In this document: in pieces, positions 26,801-39,000 of the stretch
How the letters are laid out: every line of letters begins with the position of its first letter
Position numbering within the stretch: position 1 is the first letter of the stretch
Assembly: GCA_002633005.1 (NCBI GenBank)
Contig: NMRA01000107.1
Span: 539,169-603,168 of the forward strand
Source of the DNA: Phoronis australis
Lineage: Eukaryota > Animalia > Phoronida
Direction: 5' to 3'
DNA length: 64,000 bases
Notes under the pieces: model-generated
Databases searched by the model: none
Told to the model about the DNA's origin: nothing
What the model saw: only the letters and a program-made list of their open reading frames with translations
Program-made: the position numbers and the translations under genes

Positions 26801-28147
26801 GCATGTGCATCCGACGTAAATTGTAACAATTACATAAAATGTAACAAAATGAGAGGCGTACCAACGTAAAATGTAACAATGTCGTAAAATGTAACAGATG
26901 TTACATTTTACGAAATTGTTACATATTACGGCGTATCATTGCACCTTGTTTTTGTTCAAACGTTTCGCACGCATTTTATGGCAGCTTAAGGTGTAGAAGC
27001 GTATGCGCTATAACTAAACTTAGAAAAAGCGATCTGATTCAGGTCACTCACCACTTTAAATTTTAATCTCACCTTATTTCTACTCAGGTGAGCTATGGGA
27101 ATTTCTGGGTTTTCAAAGAACTGACTAGCAATATTGAAACACTGACAGTTGATATGCACTCTTTGTTAGTGCAACGAGGTACCGCAGAACCAGTCTGTGC
27201 TAGTTGTAGTAAAAACTGTCACACCGTGACAATCTTAGTCTCCAGCAATAACGTACTGTCCGACCCCCGCACACATTATTTGACAAACGAACTTGAGGCC
27301 ATAACGGCGTAAATTTTTTGCGATGACATGGTGGGTTAAAATTACAGCCGCTTTCAATTAGTGTTTTGTCTACAGTTTCAATTTTACCGTCTGGAAAGAA
27401 AATGTTTTATGCCATTGCGCTTAGTGAGGTTCATGTCTGCGACGTCTTGTTGTATCATGAGAATGATAGCATATAACATTTTTCGATTGCTCCCAAAGCT
27501 TCTCAGTGCTGAAATTGCCTAGTACGTACGTATATTACAACCGCTGAATTGAAATTGGAAGCAAATCTTGTGCCCAATGTACCCACAGGAAAACGTGCGA
27601 CTCTCAATTATGTTTCACATGTGGAGGCCGGTGTCAGGAGAACAACCCCCCCCCCCAAAGAATAAACTTAATGATTTCGAGTTTTTGTTGCAGGTGTTTA
27701 TAAACAAAAATATCTATTTTACTTACCCAAATGTGATCACGGGAAGAAACATTGTTCTTTAGTAGTATAGGTGATAAATTGTTGTCTTTTGTGTCCAGAG
27801 AGGGCACCAGTACTGTGAACTTAGCGTCCATCGCAATAAAACTTCACCTGTCTCAAAAACGCATTCAATTCAAATTTCAACAGAATTTCTATTATTTCTT
27901 AGAATTCAGAGGCTGTTTCGACTTGTGCAAGAACCTTTGTGGGGATGAAGCACAATTCCACGCACGTGGAGATAACGCCGAAGAATTTATGTGCTCTTGT
28001 ACCGTTGCTAACACCGCCAGAGGGCCGACAAGTATGGAGGAAAGATGTAACGACGATTGCGATAAAATCTGCCGCGGAAGTGGGTTTCCGGCAGGCATGT
28101 TCGCTGTTTATGGTAACAAAGCAAGATGTACCTGTGCGCGTTGGTGA
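20781..28147 (+). CDS. Secreted Cys-rich peptide, 101 aa, two tandem defensin/CSalpha-beta-like modules (gene span; exons 20781-20841, 27903-28147)
   Basis: Exon 1 MELRLPIIVFAALLCIAAAG (signal peptide) ends in a phase-1 G|GTGAGT. The acceptor TTTCTTAG| at 27902 restores frame to EFRGCFDLCKNLCGDEAQFHARGDNAEEFMCSCTVANTARGPTSMEERCNDDCDKICRGSGFPAGMFAVYGNKARCTCARW*. Extra internal exons are not excluded. Confidence 0.75.
21181..21202. repeat. (TG)n microsatellite
   Basis: About 11 TG units. Confidence 0.9.
21772..22146. mobile_element. Nested non-autonomous element with CCGGGGGTA / ACCCGGG ends
   Basis: Interrupts the Ginger-like element just inside its left TIR; repeated GACCCATTTAGAG-like motifs. 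Confidence 0.45.
22198..22262. repeat. (ATT)n microsatellite
   Basis: Imperfect ATT run. Confidence 0.85.
23956..25345 (+). pseudogene. Frameshifted rve/DDE integrase-type transposase of the Ginger-like element
   Basis: Pieces across frames: ...NERWQMDLINV, FSRFLILRPL...IIADHGSSKLIHCDNGTEFKG...VIRSRAYNPQSQGKCE (DNGxEF and PQSQGKxE integrase motifs), then KVLIRFP...FVLEGKVEQR...VEWFSV; stops and frameshifts between pieces. Confidence 0.85.
26395..26588. mobile_element. ~190-bp MITE nested in the Ginger-like element
   Basis: TIRs CAGCGGCGAATCTAC / GTAGATCTGCCACTG; a related element at ~43020-43174 ends in TAAATCCGCCACTG. Confidence 0.6.
27903..28147 (+). CDS. Secreted peptide gene, exon 2 (10-Cys mature region)
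   Basis: Polypyrimidine tract plus AG at 27901-27902; two C-x3-C-x3-C-x17/18-C-x-C repeats; TGA at 28145-28147. Confidence 0.78.
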
Positions 28148-28388
28148 TTAATATGGCGCCTTTCGCCAGTTGGTGCCGATATGTAACGCGCATAAAATAG
28201 TAAATATAACTAAAGGTTTACCAAACCGTTTTTTGCCTTCACTCAAATATCACTTGTCTGCCCAAAGCGGTAGTCAAACTTGCTGATTTTGTAGCCATTT
28301 CAAGAAATTGTTACTAAATTTTTAGAGTTGGAAAGGGTAACCTTTACAGAGCAATTATGTTTCAAAGATTTAAAGCCTCTATAAAACA

Positions 28389-28527
28389 GGGTAGAGTTCA
28401 GTAACACTAGGACCTTGCTAAAAAAGCAAGACCTCCCGAGATTACGCGAGGCATTTCCCTGTATTTCTAATGACAAACCGTGATTTTGGCTAGGTTCTAG
28501 CCACGAGACAGCTGCTGAACTCTACCC
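28389..28527. mobile_element. ~140-bp MITE with GGG ends (Harbinger-like)
   Basis: TIRs GGGTAGAGTTCAG / CTGAACTCTACCC; diverged second copy at ~33374-33520. Confidence 0.7.
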
Positions 28528-29073
28528 AGGTTTTGATGTATAATATCTTCAAGGGCCTATTTGCTCTTCCAAAGCGTTTCTTTCAAGTTTGAGTTGAAAG
28601 TGTTTGTTATAAATGTCTAGGAATTCCCTCGAAAGCTTTTGTCTTGACACAAAATGTGTCATATTTAGTTCTGTTATGAATTTCAATTTCAGTTCAGTAA
28701 AATTGCACTTAAAGATGAGGAGAACACCGTGGACTACTGGAAAGTCACAATAAATCTGTTAACATTAATATCATATAGTACACTGAACCAGTCATCAGGG
28801 CTGCACTACCCTTGTGAAAAAGTAATCATGAAATTTGGAATGTAACTTTATTTTAAAAGCATGAATCTGTTCCAGTTTCAACAACATTTCACCATATGGT
28901 TCATTTTGTTTCATAGAATCAAAATTACAGGAGTAATCTGCCTGTTCGGGGAATGTAAAGTTGGGCTACTCCCAGACAAATGTAAACACCATTCTGGAAA
29001 AACACAACTGACGCTCATTCATAATACCATTTGGGTGTGAGCAGATTCACAAATATACATATACAGGTCTACT

Positions 29074-29076
<3 letters not shown>

Positions 29077-29107
<31 letters not shown>
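29077..29107. repeat. (TA)n microsatellite in the probable 3' UTR of the minus-strand gene
   Basis: About 15 TA units. Confidence 0.9.
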
Positions 29108-29110
<3 letters not shown>

Positions 29111-29851
29111 TATACAGGAAACTTGTTTAAAATGGGACATGTTACAGTTAAGAACCATTGATACCATTACAAAATATTTATCAAAGATCAATACACAAAA
29201 ATATGTACAAAGTAGAAACAAACCACATCAAACCTAGCACTGCCACTGAATGGATACTGGGGATTTTAGAGAGCTCCCCCCAGGACCAGGTTTTAACTTC
29301 AGTGGACTTTAAGCAACTGCGAAGTTTCACAAGCAATTTGGCTATAAGTGTAGTTCAACGGTGCCTCACATTTTAACAGTTCTCTTACAGACTAACATTG
29401 AGAACTTGAGACTGATAAAACTTTCCAACTTTTGCCCTAGGTCACAATGGCAAATGATTCAGAGAGAGCCCCAAGAGGGCTTTTTCAGTCCTCGCTTTCA
29501 AGAGTGCCCCCCACCCATGGAGGTTTTATGTTGGTGGGAGTTCTTTCAGAAATCCCCAGTATGCACAGAGAGTTATAACCTTGGTTATACTAATCAATAC
29601 TTGTTACCAGTGTCAGTATCAAAATCCCTTCAACTGGAATGTCTTGTATGCTGCCTGAAGTGGCTAAAAATTAAAAGGCAATGAAAATACAAAACAGAAT
29701 GATCTTACAATTTGATAGAGTCCAAGAGAAAATGTTGAAAACCGATGACAATCATTTGCAACAGGATGCGTCTGAGATTGGCATTATTGCTTGGTAGCAA
29801 TTGATAACAGTTTAGACTATATGGCGACACAGTTATGTAGGCAGAGTTACT

Positions 29852-30003
29852 TTACAAGAAAAGAGCAAGATTAAAACAGAAAAGTGAAGTTAGCGTAGAG
29901 TAGACTGCAGCCACTCCATTGTTCTTGCTGCCCACTATGTAAATAGACTGTAGCTTTTTGTATGGGTCTATACCAGTGTCGTATCTCTGCGGACAGTCAT
30001 CAA
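29852..30003 (-). CDS. Cys-rich surface protein, exon 13 (GPI-like tail)
   Basis: FDDCPQRYDTGIDPYKKLQSIYIVGSKNNGVAAVYSTLTSLFCFNLALFL*; TTTCAG acceptor. Confidence 0.85.
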
Positions 30004-33000
30004 CTGAAACGAGAGAGAAAACTTGAGCACTTCAGTGGACCTATTGCCCAGTTGTATTCTTATACAGGAAACCAACTGAACTGGAAAGTTTGGCATTTAC
30101 ACCTTAGAGCAACACATAGTGTCGTCTAATCAAGAGTTTTCATTTCTATTCTGCACGACTACTATGGACCACTATGTTGAGTTAAGGTAGCATTCCTAAT
30201 TTTATGCAATTCTGCTATGGAACAAGTGAAGGGCATCCATTTCTTGTGTGGCTAAATGTGCCGTGGCAAGCATGGCTTACCTTTGTTTGAATGCAATGTT
30301 TATGCGACCTAACCGTCGTTATATGTGGCTTTGAAGACAAAACACGATATTACCAGATATCACTGGAAGCATTTTCGGTTTTACCCAGTTCACAAACTTA
30401 CTTAAATACTACCATTGTTCCTTGCACCTTTGTTGGTGCTTTGCTGGACATCGGAGTTACCCCAAAACTGCTTTTGTATCCAGATCACTTACTTCTAGCA
30501 CAAAATAATATGCACACAGGATAGCGGCCTTTGTTTATTGCTGCACTAATCAAGTTATTGCAGTGAGTGAATATATGTCAACGTAAAGTTTCACTTCAAA
30601 AGCGATTCAGATGCTGACTATGTGAACAGCAAAACTGTCTGGCTAAAACACTGGGGATTTTGCCTCTGCTATGACCCTGGTGTTATTATGACAGTGCATA
30701 ATGGAACGGGTTGGCAATGCTGTGCGGTTCTTTGAAGTGCATGTACAACTAGAAATCATTGCTGAGTCAGTTTTTCTTATATTTACACCTGCGCAACACT
30801 TCACACCTGCAACATTTGTATTACTGACAAGTAAATTTTGTGCAGCAGTATGAAAATAGGTGTGTTACAACAAATTTGATTGAAATCTGAAATCTTCATT
30901 GCATTTCACGTAACCACTAAATCATAACGATATCATCACCAGAAAAAGATTTTGTGAAAGCAGAGTGACCAAATACATACATTCCCTCTCATTTTCAGTC
31001 AAAGTCAGTGACAGACTAGCACCCTCTCGACTGGAGGAACTGCTTGTTGTCTGGCGAGAGTCACAGGCTGACCTCAACGAGCGAGACATCTTGATATAGC
31101 GCAGGTTCTCTCTCTCAAACACCTGAAATAAGCATGACACACTAATTTATTTATTTCCTGTGGTCAAACTAAGAGACAATCTTTAAATGGAAGATACAGT
31201 TTAAGAAAACCCAGCATAATTTTCTATTACTTAAAAATGACACCAAATTATTTAGGTTTGGCCATCTGAAGTTTCTTTATCTCATGGAATACATCTGAAT
31301 AAAAACGGAGCCCATCATATCCAGATATCGTATATAACACATTTTAATTCTCAGTTCCTTTGAAAAAAGTTTAGCTTTTAGTCACTAAATAATTCCTGGC
31401 CACCTTTTAACAACAGCCTGTAAGAAGATTGCCCTGACTTTGGCAATGCCACCTGGGCTGGGTTGCAAAAAACTTCACAGTTACCCGCTGGATAAGTTTG
31501 ATTGTTGGATGACGTCAGGTGCATTGTTCAACAATAACAACGTGGCGCGTGATAATGTGACGACATTGTTGCTATACAGCATATAACTTTTATGCAACTG
31601 GGCTCTGAAGTCTATTCCGAACATTGGTCACTGTGACATAGTTAATGCCAACTTGCACACAAAGAATGCATTACCCAACATCTGTACGGTGAGACAGAGT
31701 CCTCTTCATCATACGTGATCAGCACAGACTTCATGTTCTCGTACCAGAAACCTACGCACTGAAGATAGTTGTCGGCCACATCTGAAACATGACAGAAGGT
31801 GGAATCATTGCTTCACACCAGTGTTCGTGGTCACAAAATGGCCTCACTGTCCATTAAATGTGTTAAGCATTCAGAATCAGTCAAGTAGGCCATGTGTATT
31901 ATAGGTTCCATGGTAAGAACACTACCAAGGAGCGCAGCACAAACAACGAAAAATTATGTCAATGCTGAAATAAACATTAATAAAATTAACATTCTGTACA
32001 TGTACAGTGACACTCACACAGTTCGAAAGCACATGCCGACCTCAGACTAAATTCCGTATTACGGCTGATAATACACCAAGAACACAACTGCGTGCAGCAA
32101 ACTACATGCCTGAATGTTATCTGCTGTGCACTAACATGAAACTGATGAGTTCATGCGTGACCAAGTTTTAGATTTGCATGCACTGGTTCCCTGTAAAGTT
32201 GGTGATCAAAACTGGTACATTACAACTGTGTTACACTGTTAAAACGCACTGGAGAAAAATGGAACTCGAGAAATGGAGCGTTAAATGGTAGTACACATTG
32301 TAGAGTTTGCTGTAATGCGTTTCGTCTGAATGTGTCGGTTATGTCCCACAACTAAACAACAGGGATTTCTGAATACAATCTATTAAATTTCGGACAAAAA
32401 TTATTGTTCTATGATATCTGTACATCTAAAACCACGCTACTGACAAAATCGAAAATTATCAACTTAAATTTTTGTAAAGAAATCTGACAAAATAAAATTG
32501 GCCATGCCCCCCATACTGTGTGCTAAATTGAAGAGTGTTTATCATTATGTAACAATTCCTTCATTAACTCTGCTTCATATAGTCATAACACGTACCATAC
32601 TCGCCGATAGGGGCACCATTCTGGTCAACAGTGGCGCATCGTTGAACGTCGAGACTGATCCTGTTGGGATTCTTACGACACACCTGGATTTCACTCTCGT
32701 TGTGCCGACAGTCAACTTGGACACGTGGTTTCTCTGTGATGCCACGGATGCGTGTGCGATACAGGTTGTTGGAGTTGTCCGATTTCTGCACAAATGTGTA
32801 TTTACCTGCGATGGGGCACTCGACAGGGGCAGGGGGGTGTACTGGAATAAGAATGTTCAGACCTATGAGCAAAAAATCGTAAGTGGAGCTTATTGTCAAT
32901 GAATCCAAAAAAATTTACAGCTCATAAATTTTGAGCAATAATTACTGTCCCTCCTGGCTCTCACACATCAATGGTGAAGTGAATTATGGAACACAGTTAT

Positions 33001-36000
33001 TTATATGCTGCGGAGGCTATACAACCAAACCCCAACCATATCCAACTACATCATTTCTGGATTAAATAAATGTATTAACAAAACAAGATCAACACAAAGC
33101 ATTGAAATGTGCCTATGACTGCACCGCACAAGGCAAGTTTCTAGAGGCGTTTTAATTTGTATCATAAAACAGGCCACTAATGGCGCAGAATACCTTCAAA
33201 CGGTTTGCAAATTGGAAGGCATTGTCGTCTCGCTAATAGAAAATCCATCAAGGAATTCAAAAGACAAAGGCAAACGTAAACAATCACATTCATCTAGATG
33301 ACAGGAAAGCTAAATAGAGCTGTCCATCAGAAGCAAAAATGCCATTAGGGAGCGCCACAGTAGTTGGACCCCTGAGTTCAGTAACGCTAAGACCTTGCAA
33401 AAAAAGGAAAACTACACGAGATTACATGAAATATTGCCGTGTATTTTAAATGAGAACACGTAACTTTGGCTAGATTTTAGCAGGTCCTACTATAGGTACT
33501 AGCAATACTGAGCTATACCCAGTCATACTTGTCACTGCAAACAAATCTGCCATTTTCATGATGATCCTCTGAGAGGTTGGAAGACAGAGGCAAATGACAA
33601 CAACTGGACTCCAAAATAATAAAAATGGTCACTAGGTCGCGACAAAACCATCCCGAAATGGAAAGGTGCCATCTTTTCCATAACAGAAACCTTTTCCCTA
33701 AATTCCATCGTGACTGTTAAGGTGAAAGCTAGAACAGCCATTAACGAGCACAGTGGTAGTCAGATATATCGAAAAGTCGTAGTCAACAGTTGACACAATC
33801 AAAACACTTACATAATTTTACAATGAACCTGCAAAAGATTAAGGAAATATAGCCACAGAGGCAAACAAATTGCCATTAGGGGGTGCTACAACAGTCAAAC
33901 CCATACAAAAATCACTGCCAGCCGTTGTTTTAGCATAAAGGAACACGTTCATCAATTTTCATAATCCTGCAAGCAGTAAGGCAAATAAAGAGGTAGATGG
34001 CAAAAAACAATAAAAAATAACAAAAATGGCTGGTAAGGTTAGCTGCAGTCTTCTCAAATTTCATGCAAATCCAACAAGTGACTCCCAAGGAAACACAAGA
34101 AAACCGAAAAAATTAAACAGTAACCAGAAGGCAGAACAGTTGTCAGATATGTCCATCTGCTGTCAGGTTCACACGAATACACTTATCAAATTTCGGAAAA
34201 AAATTTTGCAAGTGGTTTAAGAGACTAAGGCGCAGATGCATAAAAATGCCACTAAGGAAACCACAGCAGTAGTGTTCTTGTCAGTAGGAACACATCTGCC
34301 AAATTCGTCAGAGCAGTATGACGGATGCAGAAAAAGACGACAAAAAATAACAAAAACGAGCCTCTAACTGGTACAGAAGACGTCAAATCTGTCCATATCA
34401 AATAGAAACTTATTAGCCAAATTTCATAAATAACTGTCAAAGAACTCTGAATTAAGATAAAGAGGCAAAGACAAAGAACTAAAATTGCTACTAGGGGACA
34501 CAGCAGTTGTCATAACTGTCTCAAAGTCATGGTGTGAATGAAGTTAGCTCCGCCTACTGTGCATTGTGCTATGAGTTCTGTGAATATTAATTTGTTTATG
34601 AATGACAGAGTGCACTCAGGTCGCTGAGACTGAACCCGGGTTATACGCCATGTTCAGGTACTCATGCGAATATTGTCACACTGGTCAGATGTGTTTTAGT
34701 CACTGGGCGAGTCTCAAGACATCATTAAAGTAACATTTACTGTCATTTGCCGTTTTGCTTGCAATTTGTCTTTAATACATTCCACTTGGCGAATTATGAG
34801 TCCGTGAACTGTTACTGAATATTTTGCGTCTTCCAGTTCCACAGACGGACGGACAGACACACGTCATTTGTAATGCGTTGTGAAATAAAGCTCCAAAACA
34901 TCCCGTGCAAATTGTTGTTTGACTCGCATGCATCTACACATAGACTGCCATAGTTCCGTTGACAGAAAAATACTTGCCAAATCTCACACAGAGGTAAGAA
35001 ACAGTAGCGTAATATAATTTTGCAGCCAGTCATTTTGCCTGTGCGTATAATAATGATCAAAATGATCAAAATGGCCTATATTCAATAACCTGTTTGCCGA
35101 CAGTTACACAGAGAGTACTCACAGATGAGTGTGCTGTACATCCACTGCCTGTTGGACTGATCATGGGTGAACGCCTGGTGGCTACATGCCTCCGCATACT
35201 TCCTGTACATGAAGTTCTTGCCAAGCTTCTCCTCCTTAGTCAGACGGTATGGCTTGCCTGTCGGAGAAAACCCAGCACAGTGACATCTGAAAGCTACTAC
35301 TTTGGTTCATGTCTTAGTTTTTTAATACAGGGAGTTAGTGTTCTCAGTAATGAACGATAATACCACGGACAGAATGGAGTTCGTTGAGGGCTTCAACGGC
35401 AAGAATCACCACCACTACCTTGATTTATTTGAATTTGAAGTTTGTGACTTGGGCTTGACCTAAACCTGCATTTTGACTTGTTACGCTTGTAAAGACAAAC
35501 AAACTAGGCATTTTACTCTCATAAAATCAGTCTCCCAATATCCCTTTCTGTGATACAAACAAGAACAGTTAAATCATCAGCTACCCAAGAACAGATTGCA
35601 AATTCCAAAATGGCACATGTACCCATTGCCTGTTACTGGAGTTGGTAATGGAAATGCAAACTTATCACATGAAAATAAAAGGCCTAATAAGATTTTTTTT
35701 ATTTTAGCCAGACAAACAGGGCAATATGCAGTATGCGTGGTACTTTAAATGGGTCTGAACATGTTGGACAGGTGTCAGTATCATTTGAAATGTTACACAT
35801 ATCTTGCAGCATGTATCTTTAGCAAGAGGATTTTAACAAACTGAATACGTTCAGTTCATTAAAACATTTTTCTTTGACAGTAGAATGGTCACGCCTTCCA
35901 TACCAAAAAGCACAAACCAGACACCAGGAGTAACAATGATTCAAACCTTGAGTCAACCCCTACCACAAGCCTCCCAACAATACAAACAGAAACTAGACAG

Positions 36001-39000
36001 ACATGTATCACTCACCCATGCGATAGCGAATGATGTTGTGGTGGCGCTCCTGGAACTCGAAACAGATGTAGTCAATCTCGCACTTTCCGACAGTAATGGC
36101 TGACATGAGGTAACGGTTGTCACTGTTCTGCTTACACGTGTAATAGAGCTCCTCAATGTTGTATTGATCCAACTGAGTTTTGAAGTAGATGTGCGTAGCG
36201 TTGATGGTGACGAATGAGTCACGCTCCACTGAGGTGAACCAGGTGCCGGTGAAGGACTCTGGCAGATTACATGTAGGGCTAATCTCATTCAACTGAGCAT
36301 ACGAGGCCACTAAAAAGAAAGAAAATGCGCATATAGCCGTGTGTAAGATTAATTTATCTCGTTCCGAGTGATCTCTTCTGGCTCAGCTTAGAGCAGGAAG
36401 TCTCCCATTGCACTTGGAAACTGGTCGTTATGTAAACACTCCTGTAAGTGAAAGACTTTGCTTGTGTTGTGACTCTGGCTCTGTGGAGGATGAGCTACAC
36501 TTTGTGTTTGATAGTTCTCTTTATAACTCACAGAGGTCTGTTCTGTTTAATAATGTTTCACTTCAAATCCCGAACTTTGTAGATTTCAGTAGATTTACGT
36601 TAAAACTGCTATTTCAGTATTTCCCTAGGCAATTTGTCAAATACATCAAGTCTGCTTTTGAACTTAGAAACCGACACATTTATTGTAGGCCTGCATTTGA
36701 GTTGTGTGGTTAAAGTGACTAATAGGCTCAACTGGGCTGGGTACTTATCTTTCTTACGAATGTTATACCTATAACTGTTTGACTTAATTGTACTTGTCAC
36801 TATAATAAATACTAATACTAATACTAATACTACAAGTACTGAACACATCAGGCCACTGAAATAAATGCACTGGACACATGAAAATGCTAAAAAATGAAGT
36901 GGCCATATGAGGCCACTAAAAATAAATGTCCAGAGTATACAAGGACATTAAAAACTTCGATGAAGAACATTTTGTTAGTTTTTAGATCTTGTGGGTTTTC
37001 ACATACAATGTATATACAACAGAATCATCTTTCGAAAAACAAACTTGGAAAAGACAGTGATCAAATTAAATGAAGGTTTTTGTCAAAACCAGTATTATAC
37101 ATGTCATAATAGATATAACTTTCAAACTTTCACTTTGTTTGACTGTGTACCTGGTTTGAGCACCAGTTTGACAGGACCATCGAATTCACTGAGCAGAACA
37201 GAGCAATCAGCTGTTCTGGACATGGTATATCGCACGGTAGTGTCCTGAGTCTGTTGGTCCAGCCTTGTTAACTGAAAGATATATATCCAGAGGGCGTTAG
37301 TTGAACAGTAAATTACATGAACACACTACCAAAGGCAAAAGTTCACTAATTCCTCAAACCACGGATGGTGCATTCCAAAAGTTGCATGTGCATTTTTGGA
37401 AATATTTTTTAAATAAATTCAAAAAGAGTTCAATAAATTTAAAGCATTCTAACCAAGGTCCACAATGGTACATGATAGACGTGGAAGGGTTCAAATTATG
37501 CAAATCCCATGTGTAAAATAGCAGAATAAGTTAAGCACATTTAAATGGTAAAGACACCTGCCTTGATATAAGTGAGTGCCCAGCACTTTGTACTTAAACC
37601 ACAAAAACACAACAGGTTTATCAATTCATAGCTCTGGCCAAATCTAATAACTTCAAGAGGTATATGCCATCCAAACAGAATCCCCAAAATGAATTTTTGG
37701 AACGTAAAACTGGTAACATCAATTTCAAGAATGGTGCTCCCCTTTGGCAAATGCACAATTAGTGGCAAGTCAACAGTTACATCATTCCTCCTTCACCAAC
37801 TGCACTCGTTGTTCTCAATGGTGGCCAACTTACAAAGCATCTAAACTTGTTCTTCCAGATTTCCTGACCCAGATCTGCTACTGCTGAGTACACGTTCTTT
37901 GTAGCATCATCCACCCACGTACCCATGCACTGGTAGCGAATACCTACAACATGGTGGACAAAAATGATGGGCACAGATGCTAGCCTGGTCAGAACTATTG
38001 AAATGAAGGCCTGTGGGCAAAATGACTTGGAATTCCCGGGAATTCCTGGGCGGAGGCCGAATTCATCACCACTTTGGTTCTGTATTCAAGCTTGTGGGAT
38101 TAGTTGAGTACAGACAGTCGAGCCAAAAGATTTCATGGTAAAAATACAGTGTACAACGTGGGTCAGCAAAAATAACCCAAAAATCCTTGATTCAGCAAAC
38201 AATTTTTATTTCAGCATTGCTTCACACCATCCCAATACACGAACAGGAAGTTGAGGTTAGCCCATGGAGTAAAAGGCACCACTGCCAGGAATTTCATAAG
38301 AAAATGTCGGAATAGCGAATGTCTTATCTATGATCCATGATAAAACACATCTGTGCAGCCAAAACAAAGGTCACAGTTCGAAGATCCTTACATACAGATT
38401 GCCATAAGTAGTAACATTTTCATACCCTTGAAAATCACAAAAAATAGTACACTAACAAAAATAATGCGTGTAAAATTGCAATCGCACGGTTGCATATTTA
38501 CATTTTTTTTGGAGATTTCATAACTAAAACAAAACTTTGCTTCTGTATTTACTTTGCCTAAAAATTCTGTCTGGATTAACTAAGGCCCTTTTACCAGAGA
38601 ACACGTTTGTCAAAAATAAAACTCCGAAAAATTCGGAAGCAATTCTTTGACTCTATTACAATGTACTACCTGATTGGATTTTCCAATCACCTAGGCAATA
38701 ATAAGATACTTACAACAAACAAATAACCACTCACTTTGATCCTTAGATGACTTAATGCCAGGGCAATACGAGTATATCATGTCAAAAACTTGGTTATCAA
38801 CGTATGGGGAGCCGGGTTCTTGACACGCAATAATATTACTCTTGGCATTGTCACATATACTGCCACTTCCTTCCTCAGTGATCTCGTATGAGAAGTGCCA
38901 GACACCCTCAAATGTACCCTTACAGTTGACAATCTTCAGGTCTTTACCTGAAGCACATAACACAATGTTGTCAAGAGAAGCTACACTATGACATGTGACC

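Larger units (their letters stand above)
21594..26938 (+). mobile_element. Ginger-type (integrase-related) DNA transposon, ~5.3 kb, decayed, inside the peptide gene intron
   Basis: Imperfect TIRs of ~150-200 bp with TGATACGCCGTAA / TTACGGCGTATCA (TG...CA) ends and repeated TGTAACA/TGTTACA motifs; internal frameshifted DDE integrase; no LTR/RT/gag seen; TSD imperfect. Confidence 0.8.

Noticed and set aside
21594-26938. LTR retrotransposon or Polinton interpretation of the integrase
   Set aside because: Ends are inverted rather than direct repeats, and no RT, RNase H, gag or polB remnants were seen.
27085-27130. Extra exon of the peptide gene after TACTCAG (also TTGCAG near 27693)
   Set aside because: A phase-1 join reaches a stop within about 14-26 codons without a recognisable motif; cannot be supported.
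32498-32902. Plus-strand 134-aa ORF and similar ORFs opposite exons (35885, 42495, 58427)
   Set aside because: Antisense shadows of real exons.
35258-35290. Upstream TTTCAG acceptor for exon 9
   Set aside because: Gives an in-frame TGA; the acceptor at 35258 keeps the frame.
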